Assembly: GCA_045546275.1 (NCBI GenBank)
Contig: JAZQCM010000001.1
Coordinates: forward strand, 183,079 to 247,078
DNA from: Clostridia bacterium
GTDB taxonomy: Bacteria; Bacillota; Clostridia; UMGS1883
Length of the DNA stretch: 64,000 nucleotides
Direction: 5' to 3'
Position numbers and translations under genes: made by a program. The notes under the pieces are model-generated. The model searched no databases. It was not told the DNA's origin and was given only the letters and a program-made list of their open reading frames with translations. Positions within the stretch are counted from its first letter, which is position 1. Each line of letters opens with the position of its first letter. Shown piece after piece: positions 57,435 through 64,000 of this stretch.

Positions 57435-59846
57435 TTATTTTTGAATGAAATAATACCAGTTGCCTCTAATTGCAGTAAGCTCTTTGTTCTTTGCGATTTT
57501 TTCAGGCGCATAAACAATTCCAAATTCTTTTCCTTCATCGGTTTTTCCAAACACAAATGAAACTGTATCCTCCGCATTTGGATTGTATTTTACAGAAAAT
57601 GCAACAAACTGTTCGGACAACTCGCCTATAAGTTCTATAGCATTGTCGGAAAGCTTAATGAAGCTACCCAACTTATAATCGCGGATTTCAAGACCATTAC
57701 CAACTTTGTTGATATAAGCACCATTATTGCAGTTTTTGTTGAGATATGTTACCACCGCCGAAAGTATGCTTTCGTGAGACAGTAAGAAATCCCCTGCTGT
57801 TTTTTCAGAAAAATCACCGGTGAAGCCATTTTCAGGGCGAGAAATCGAGTCAAAGTCAATATCATCGCTTTCCACAATATCATTGTGCTTAATTTCAGCG
57901 TCAGGACTGTACATCCATTTAATTGTTTTAATAACAAGCGCTGCAGCTTCTGCAACAGTTATGCTGTCGGTAGGATTAAGATACCCGTTAAAGCCCGCAA
58001 TAATACCTGTTGAGCACATTGTGTCAACATAGTCTTTTGCCCAGAAAGAAACATTATCACTATCCTTAAAGCTGATAGAAACATCGCCCTTTTCAGCATT
58101 TGAAATTCTTGCAAGAATGATTATAGCCTCTTCTCTGCTTATAAGGTCCTCGGCATGAACCTGACCTTTTTCATCGCCTGTCATGTAGCCTATTTGCTGG
58201 GCAGTAATACAGTCTTCATAAAAATCACTATTTTCATCCAAATCAGAAAATTTAGACTTCCCCGAAACGGAAAAACCTAACAATCTGTTAATTAATGCTG
58301 CAAAATCGCCTCGCGAAATGTGGCTGTCAGCTTCAATTGGCTTTCCTGAAGGAGATTGTCCAAAGGAATTGACCGTGTCACAGAACATTTTACCCCAGTA
58401 AGAATCGTCATAGCCTGCAATAAATTCGCCGTAATTTACAAGCTTAAGCTCAGTTTTTTCACTTTTAAGTAAAACTTCGCCATCTGTATCAATTGCAAAA
58501 AACTCAATTGAAGGCTTTTCACATGATAAAAGTTCTTCTGTAATATCAATAGTTGCTGAAAACTCAAACTGAGCAGTACCCGCTTTATTCTCACGAACAA
58601 GATTAGCCGTTGTATTATCTTCAAAAACAACTTCGCCATCTTTATCTGACACAACCATTCTGATTTCTGTAACCATATTATTAAATTCGTATGTAGCACC
58701 AGAAAGGGATGCTTTGTAATTTACAGGAGAATACACGCCATAAAATGTTCCACTATCCCCCACGGTAAGATTTACGCCATCAGAAAGATTAAAATCAATA
58801 AAGCGAACCTCGCCATCTTTATTTGTGTTTTCAACACGAGAAAGAGCAATAAATTGATTATATTTGCTTTCAACAACTTTCCCTTTCTTTTCAAGGTTAG
58901 CATCCGCAAATCTAAAAGGAACAGCTTCTTCACCTATGTCATAATACAAATAATTAACCTTGTTAGGGACACTCTTACTGAAAATGCTTCCAAGCTTTAC
59001 ATTATCAGAAGCTCTTGAAGTATCAAGATAGTTAAGGAGTATGTAAACATCCTTATCCCCCGAAAGTTCAACCTTTATGTTATCTGCAAACCTCTGATTA
59101 ACAGAGTATGAAAAGTCCTTTGTAACATTATTTAAAAAGCTCGAAGGATTCCAGTAGCCTACAATAGAATTGGGTAAAACAAGGTCGTTTTCTTTGGTAT
59201 ATTCAGCCAAATTAACGTTGTCTGTTGCAATCAGACGTTTATTGTTGTTTCCAATGTTAATAGTTTTAACAGTTTTAAAAACCTCTTCACCATACAAATC
59301 AAGGGCAGTTACTATAAGCTCATATTCACCACTTATTAAATCTGGAAGAGATTTTTCGTATTTATCAACCAAATTAAGGTCAAAATCCTTTGTGGCACCG
59401 CCAAAAATAATTGCCGCAAAATAGTCTTCTTTAACAACAATTTTGTTATAAGCTAAACGAATTGAATCACGGTCATTGCCGTCATACAAAATATCGGGGG
59501 GCGTTAATGTGTTTAACAAAACATTCTTTGCATCGTTTACTGCAGTGCCATTTTCATAGTCCAAAAGAAAATATGAGCCCGGTGTTACACCATCAGGTCC
59601 TACATTACTTTCAAGAAGCCTCACAGCCTCTCCCATTGAGTTGTTGAGTCTTATTCTTAGGTTTAAAGGCTGCTCCTTTGCGGTTGCTCCATTTCGATCA
59701 ATTTTTCCGATTACGTAAAAATCTCTCAACGGCATAATTTCAGTTTCTGTTGGTGCAACAACTGTAACTTCCGCAGCACTCGCACTGATGAAAAGCAACG
59801 AAAGAACTATAATTGACACCGTAAACAATAAAAGAACTTTTTTCAT
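57435..59846 (-). CDS. Large secreted S-layer-homology (3x SLH) domain protein with a ~470-aa N-terminal region of unknown function
   Basis: Signal peptide. Three ~55-aa SLH repeats in the C-terminal half (..ISRGDFAALINRLLGF.., ..ISREEAIIILARI.., ..ITVAEAAALVIKT..). Confidence 0.7.
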   Translation of the reverse strand: MKKVLLLFTVSIIVLSLLFISASAAEVTVVAPTETEIMPLRDFYVIGKIDRNGATAKEQPLNLRIRLNNSMGEAVRLLESNVGPDGVTPGSYFLLDYENGTAVNDAKNVLLNTLTPPDILYDGNDRDSIRLAYNKIVVKEDYFAAIIFGGATKDFDLNLVDKYEKSLPDLISGEYELIVTALDLYGEEVFKTVKTINIGNNNKRLIATDNVNLAEYTKENDLVLPNSIVGYWNPSSFLNNVTKDFSYSVNQRFADNIKVELSGDKDVYILLNYLDTSRASDNVKLGSIFSKSVPNKVNYLYYDIGEEAVPFRFADANLEKKGKVVESKYNQFIALSRVENTNKDGEVRFIDFNLSDGVNLTVGDSGTFYGVYSPVNYKASLSGATYEFNNMVTEIRMVVSDKDGEVVFEDNTTANLVRENKAGTAQFEFSATIDITEELLSCEKPSIEFFAIDTDGEVLLKSEKTELKLVNYGEFIAGYDDSYWGKMFCDTVNSFGQSPSGKPIEADSHISRGDFAALINRLLGFSVSGKSKFSDLDENSDFYEDCITAQQIGYMTGDEKGQVHAEDLISREEAIIILARISNAEKGDVSISFKDSDNVSFWAKDYVDTMCSTGIIAGFNGYLNPTDSITVAEAAALVIKTIKWMYSPDAEIKHNDIVESDDIDFDSISRPENGFTGDFSEKTAGDFLLSHESILSAVVTYLNKNCNNGAYINKVGNGLEIRDYKLGSFIKLSDNAIELIGELSEQFVAFSVKYNPNAEDTVSFVFGKTDEGKEFGIVYAPEKIAKNKELTAIRGNWYYFIQK

Positions 59847-59869
59847 AGTGGTATTTTCCTTTCAATCTT

Positions 59870-59901
59870 TAGTGCAGAAGCGCCTTTGCACTTCTGCACT
59901 A
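59870..59901. promoter_or_regulatory. Perfect 11-bp inverted repeat TAGTGCAGAAG-n9-CTTCTGCACTA between the araA stop and the SLH-protein start. No U-tract on either strand.
   Basis: Read directly from the sequence. It lacks the poly-U of an intrinsic terminator, so it may be an operator or RNA structure. Confidence 0.4.
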
Positions 59902-59913
59902 TGACAAGATGAA

Positions 59914-61386
59914 TTATTTAAGTTTATAAGCAATATCGTTATAGAAGAGCTCCTTCTGCAAGGAGTTAACATCAGTATTTTTGTCAATAACAACAAATTC
60001 AATATCGCACATTTTTGCAAAGTCTCGAAGTTCGTCAACAGTAAGAGCTGTGGAAAGACAGGTGTGATGTGCACCGCCTGCATAAATCCAGCATTCAGCA
60101 CTTGTAGCAAGGTCAGGATGGGGTCTCCAAAGAACACTTGCAACAGGAAGCTTGGGCATTTTGTGAGTATTCTCAACAACATCCATTGTGCAAACGATCA
60201 TTCTGAAACGATTGCCCATGTCAATAATAGTTGCTGCAATACCGTCACCGGGCTTTGAGTCAAACACCAATCTTGCAGGAGGATTCTTACCGCCTATACC
60301 CAAAGGATGAACTTCAATCTTGGGTTTGTTTGCAGCAATGGAAGGACAAACCTCAAGCATGTGAGCACCAAGCGCCATTTCGTTATTCTCCTCAAGGTGA
60401 TATGTATAATCTTCCATGAAGAGAGTTGCGCCTTCTTTGCCCTGAGCCATGTACTTCATAATAGCAGTAAGGGCAGAAGTTTTCCAGTCGCCTTCGCCAC
60501 CAAAGCCGTAACCATCATAATGAAGATCCTGTACTGCAAGACCGGGAAGCTGTTCAAGGTTATGTAAGTCTTCGAAGGTTGTTGTAAACGCCTTGTAACC
60601 ACCTCTATCAAGGAACTTCTTTATACCAACCTCGTAAAGAGCCTGTTCACGAACAGATTTAACATCATCTGTATTCATTTCATAGCGCTCGTTATAAATT
60701 GCCATCTGAGCGTCAACTTCTTCATCAGTTACATCTTTAATAACGTCTGTAAGGTCGCCTACGCCGTAGCCGTTAACCTGCCAGCCAAATTTGATTTCAG
60801 CTTCGACCTTGTCACCTTCAGTAACTGCAACGTAGCGCATGTTGTCACCAAAACGTGCAACCTTAAGGCTTTTTGAGAAAGCATAGCCTGCTGCAGCTCT
60901 CGCCCATGCTTCAATGTCGCTTACAACCTTGGCATTTGTCCAATGACCTGCTACAACCTTTCTTTGAATTCCCATTCTTGTTGCGATAAAGCCGTGTTCA
61001 CGGTCGCCGTGAGCAGACTGGTTAAGGTTCATGAAATCCATGTCAATGGAATCCCAGGGAATTTCACGATTGTACTGAGTGTGAAGGTGTAAAAGAGGTT
61101 TTTGAAGCATGTTGAAGCCTGTTATCCACATTTTTGAAGGAGAGAAAACATGCATCCATGTAATTACACCAATACAATCATTGTCAGCATTTGCCGCCTT
61201 GAAAACAGCAGAAATTTCATCAGGAAGAGTTACAAGTCCTTTGGAAACAACGCTTACGGGAAGTTTTTCATCAAGATGCTTTGCAATTTCCTCCGCATGA
61301 GAATTCATTTCGGCAAAAGCATCTGTACCGTAAAGATGCTGACCGCCTGTTATAAACCAAACTTTTTTGTTTTTCATAGCAAACAT
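59914..61386 (-). CDS. araA: L-arabinose isomerase (canonical AraA)
   Basis: N-terminus KVWFITGGQHLYG and 490 aa length; characteristic AraA family sequence. Confidence 0.9.
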   Translation of the reverse strand: MFAMKNKKVWFITGGQHLYGTDAFAEMNSHAEEIAKHLDEKLPVSVVSKGLVTLPDEISAVFKAANADNDCIGVITWMHVFSPSKMWITGFNMLQKPLLHLHTQYNREIPWDSIDMDFMNLNQSAHGDREHGFIATRMGIQRKVVAGHWTNAKVVSDIEAWARAAAGYAFSKSLKVARFGDNMRYVAVTEGDKVEAEIKFGWQVNGYGVGDLTDVIKDVTDEEVDAQMAIYNERYEMNTDDVKSVREQALYEVGIKKFLDRGGYKAFTTTFEDLHNLEQLPGLAVQDLHYDGYGFGGEGDWKTSALTAIMKYMAQGKEGATLFMEDYTYHLEENNEMALGAHMLEVCPSIAANKPKIEVHPLGIGGKNPPARLVFDSKPGDGIAATIIDMGNRFRMIVCTMDVVENTHKMPKLPVASVLWRPHPDLATSAECWIYAGGAHHTCLSTALTVDELRDFAKMCDIEFVVIDKNTDVNSLQKELFYNDIAYKLK

Positions 61387-61441
61387 TCCTTTCGTAATTT
61401 ATTGAAATAATTATATCACAGCATTTCATTTTTAGCAATAA

Positions 61442-61597
61442 TTATGTTGAATATTGAAAAAATAAAAATATGGAAAGTGCGACGGAAAACATAACAGCAA
61501 CAAACCCTACCCTGTTCCCGGATTTTAGTTCGTATAAAGCATAGGAAAAAACGTGTATCGAAACAAAAACCGTAGCCAAACACAAAAGAAAAGTCAT
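61442..61597 (-). CDS. Small 51-aa two-TM protein translationally coupled to the gerXC stop (candidate germinant-receptor D-type subunit)
   Basis: Its ATG directly abuts the TAA of gerXC (TAAATG). Sequence MTFLLCLATVFVSIHVF...VGFVAVMFSVALSIFLFF gives two hydrophobic helices. It is below the ORF-track length cutoff. Confidence 0.35.
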   Translation of the reverse strand: MTFLLCLATVFVSIHVFSYALYELKSGNRVGFVAVMFSVALSIFLFFQYST

Positions 61598-62869
61598 TTA
61601 GTTCACCACCTGTGATAATTCCCCATAGGTTCTCATAGTTACCTCTACATCTACATTAAACAAAGCTTTTGAAAATCTTTCAGCCCAGTTATAATCTTTC
61701 CATTTTTCTACTGTTAAAAAATTACTTTTTGCTACTTCAGAAAACCCGCATATATCGCAGTTTATATCCCTTGATATTTTTAGTAAAAAGGCATTAATCA
61801 CATTTTCAATTTTCACCTCAAGGTATTCCTCAAAATCTGAAGTGTTTTTGATACAATCTGCATATTGACCAACCTGCACAAAATCGCCTTCAAGATTAAT
61901 TTTCACGTCAATGACAGGTGTATTTGCGCAAGAAATGTCAATTTTCGTGTTTTTTTTGCGAGATAAATAACAAGTAACCATAGAGCTTGGGCTTTCAGGA
62001 TTGGAAACCGTTACATAAGATGACGGAAACCCATTGGTGATCATTTGCAAAGCAATTGTTTCAACCCTTCCTAAAACACAATTAAACTGCCCGTTTTTTA
62101 ATACTGCAACCGATTGAATTTCCGCAGGATTGTCGCTTTTTGAAATGGTTTCTCCTGCAATTGTGTTAATAGCGAAATCATCAGTGTATGACGCAAAATG
62201 TCCTGTAATTTTCTTATCCTTCTCGCTTTCTTCTCTCGGTTCGTCCGAAGGATTTTCCGTAGGTTCTTCGTTTTCCGACAAATATTGAATGTTGTTTAAT
62301 GAGCAATAAGGCAAAACCGATGCTTTCCCTTCTCCGAGAAGTCTGAAATAAGAATCGTATAAATATAAGTCCCCTTTATTTCCTGCTGATAATTTACTGA
62401 AAATCATTTGAAAATACTTTTCTAAATGATAAGTCTGTACAGGGTTTATTTTTTCAAGGAATTCCATGGACGACTTGTCTGTTATACAAACATAGGTATT
62501 AGGACGAAAATGGTTTGAGCGCACAAGCATATAAATATAGTCACTTATACCTTCACGGGCAAGCTCTTCCGAAAAAATAAGAGTTTGAGTGTGCGTAAGC
62601 TCAATTGTCTTACTTTTAAAATTGTTAATCTGTTCAATTGCTGAATATATTGATGGCGCTTCAATCACTATTGTTTCGTCCTCTTCAGCACCGCCTTTCT
62701 TTGAATTATCCTTTGCAGGAGATGTAAACACGAATGTGAAACGGTAGTTATAAATCTCGCCTTTATCGAATCCTATTGCCGTAACAAAGGATTTTTCATC
62801 AACCTCGGTAACGTTAGTGCAACCTGAAAAAAGTACAACCGCAATTAACAGCATTGAAATCAATTTCAA
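61598..62869 (-). CDS. Spore germinant receptor C subunit (Ger(x)C lipoprotein)
   Basis: Lipobox LFSGCTN. 423 aa, GerAC family character. Overlaps the B-subunit gene. Confidence 0.8.
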   Translation of the reverse strand: MKLISMLLIAVVLFSGCTNVTEVDEKSFVTAIGFDKGEIYNYRFTFVFTSPAKDNSKKGGAEEDETIVIEAPSIYSAIEQINNFKSKTIELTHTQTLIFSEELAREGISDYIYMLVRSNHFRPNTYVCITDKSSMEFLEKINPVQTYHLEKYFQMIFSKLSAGNKGDLYLYDSYFRLLGEGKASVLPYCSLNNIQYLSENEEPTENPSDEPREESEKDKKITGHFASYTDDFAINTIAGETISKSDNPAEIQSVAVLKNGQFNCVLGRVETIALQMITNGFPSSYVTVSNPESPSSMVTCYLSRKKNTKIDISCANTPVIDVKINLEGDFVQVGQYADCIKNTSDFEEYLEVKIENVINAFLLKISRDINCDICGFSEVAKSNFLTVEKWKDYNWAERFSKALFNVDVEVTMRTYGELSQVVN

Positions 62870-63978
62870 CTGTCTTTAACCACCTTTCCTCTGATAGATG
62901 CAATAACAAGAACAATTAAAGGTATTATGGGATACGAAATATAGTTGTACGTCATAAGAAAGTCGTAAATCCGTTCAACGTTTGTTTCTGACCCAGGGAT
63001 TAACGCGAAAAAATACACTATAACAGTAAAAAGAAAAACAATTGGCTTGTTATCACTCAAATTAAAGCTTTTTTTGAAAGTATATGAAGAGAGCCATAAC
63101 CCCACTCCAACGTATAAGAACATGCTTCCGCACCATATAAATATGTTTAAAGGTTCTATTCGCTGGAAAAACGCCCCTGCTTTCAACATTCTCGTCATTT
63201 GATACAAAGGTACAGAAAATGTACCCGCAGCTTCATAAGGCACAGCCAATTGATATAGTAAAGTTATTCCGCTTAACAAAACAATAGAAATCGCAATAGC
63301 TGTAAAGCCAATCTGCTTTACAGCTGATTTTTTCCTTAAAAGAGGGGTTAAAAGAAAAATAGTACCAATTTCAAAATATGAAGAGTTTTTGAGTAGTGCA
63401 TTCTTTACAATTTTATCGAATCCTACTCCCAGAACGGGTTTGATATTTAAAACCGATAGTCTTGAAAAATTAACAAAAAGTATAACCATTACCGACACTA
63501 TAATCAAAGGAAGTATTAGTCCTGCAATACTTATTTGATTTTTTATTCCGTAACAAGCCGCAACGACACCGCCAGCAGCAATAAAGATGCCTACTGCCTC
63601 GTAGGAAATGCCCCTTAAAACAGTATTTCTGACCAGTTCTTCAAAGCATCTGAATACAGCGGTTGTATTTAAAAGCAGTACTAATGTGTAAAAAACACCA
63701 AATACTCTACCGCCCGCTTTACCAAAGGCAATTTCAGAAATTTGAAAAATGTCAGCGTTTTTAAAATTCAAAAATAGTTTGATTACAAGAGCGGTTATAA
63801 AAATTTCAAAAACACCGCTTAACAAAACCTCAATCCAACCTCCACTTTTGGAGTGCTGAACGTAAAGCACAGGTGCAGAAATCAGAATTTTTGTTAATAC
63901 TAACGACACAATTAATGTAATAATTGAATAATTACCAACAGTATTTTTTTGCATAATACTCTCCGTCACTTTTTCCAT
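62866..63978 (-). CDS. Spore germinant receptor B subunit (GerAB/APC-superfamily permease-like)
   Basis: 370 aa polytopic membrane protein upstream of and overlapping gerXC. An A subunit presumably lies beyond the window end. Confidence 0.8.
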   Translation of the reverse strand: MEKVTESIMQKNTVGNYSIITLIVSLVLTKILISAPVLYVQHSKSGGWIEVLLSGVFEIFITALVIKLFLNFKNADIFQISEIAFGKAGGRVFGVFYTLVLLLNTTAVFRCFEELVRNTVLRGISYEAVGIFIAAGGVVAACYGIKNQISIAGLILPLIIVSVMVILFVNFSRLSVLNIKPVLGVGFDKIVKNALLKNSSYFEIGTIFLLTPLLRKKSAVKQIGFTAIAISIVLLSGITLLYQLAVPYEAAGTFSVPLYQMTRMLKAGAFFQRIEPLNIFIWCGSMFLYVGVGLWLSSYTFKKSFNLSDNKPIVFLFTVIVYFFALIPGSETNVERIYDFLMTYNYISYPIIPLIVLVIASIRGKVVKDS

Positions 63979-64000
63979 TTGCGAGAAATTTCAGATTCTT

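Noticed and set aside
60064-60567. Several 60-90-aa plus-strand ORFs inside araA
   Set aside because: They are antisense to a highly conserved araA coding sequence with no translation signals, so they are spurious.

Overview
This window is a low-GC Firmicutes chromosome segment of the Clostridia (spore-former) type. It is densely coding and mostly syntenic housekeeping and sporulation DNA: ilvA-ridA, the eight-gene spoIIIAA-AH operon followed by asp23, a FucI-family sugar isomerase with araD, a tRNA-Glu, an SLH/VWA surface protein and a MATE efflux pump. Further on come a choloylglycine-hydrolase (Ntn) gene, ppa, an rsmF-like gene, an aminotransferase, a 1840-aa heparinase II/III-like multidomain polysaccharide lyase converging on a glycoside hydrolase, and murC. 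The conserved blocks spoVG-glmU-prs-pth-mfd and prsA, lysA-M50 protease-scpA-scpB-DUF2953-ytfJ follow, then a dacF-like carboxypeptidase, rluB, a Na+-pumping biotin decarboxylase cluster that carries two different carboxyltransferases, a YnbB-like PLP enzyme and a xerC/D-like recombinase. The far end holds araA, a gerXC-gerXB germinant-receptor pair and a small 2-TM ORF coupled to gerXC. Three regions look accessory or unusual. (1) On the minus strand a clear cobalamin riboswitch (B12 box AGUCGGAAGACCUGCC) heads a seven-gene operon. It encodes a complete ECF transporter (T, fused A1A2, S) plus four secreted or anchored proteins: three carry a DUF4430 (transcobalamin beta-domain-like) module, one is a prenyltransferase-like alpha/alpha toroid, and one is a PQQ-type beta-propeller. 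A fourth DUF4430 lipoprotein, a YihY membrane protein and an 803-aa SLH protein lie directly upstream. This looks like an undescribed Gram-positive corrinoid surface-capture and uptake system built from a split transcobalamin-like alpha+beta architecture. (2) A ~650-nt unit running from a sigma-A-like promoter to an intrinsic terminator carries five SD-preceded mini-ORFs, three of them a tandem-triplicated 10-12 codon peptide (MxMIRAVY...) whose substitutions preserve the peptide, and it sits upstream of the choloylglycine-hydrolase gene. (3) The 3' 16-17 nt of tRNA-Glu are duplicated ~190 bp away, which resembles an integration scar. No CRISPR array, rRNA or obvious IS element or prophage was seen.
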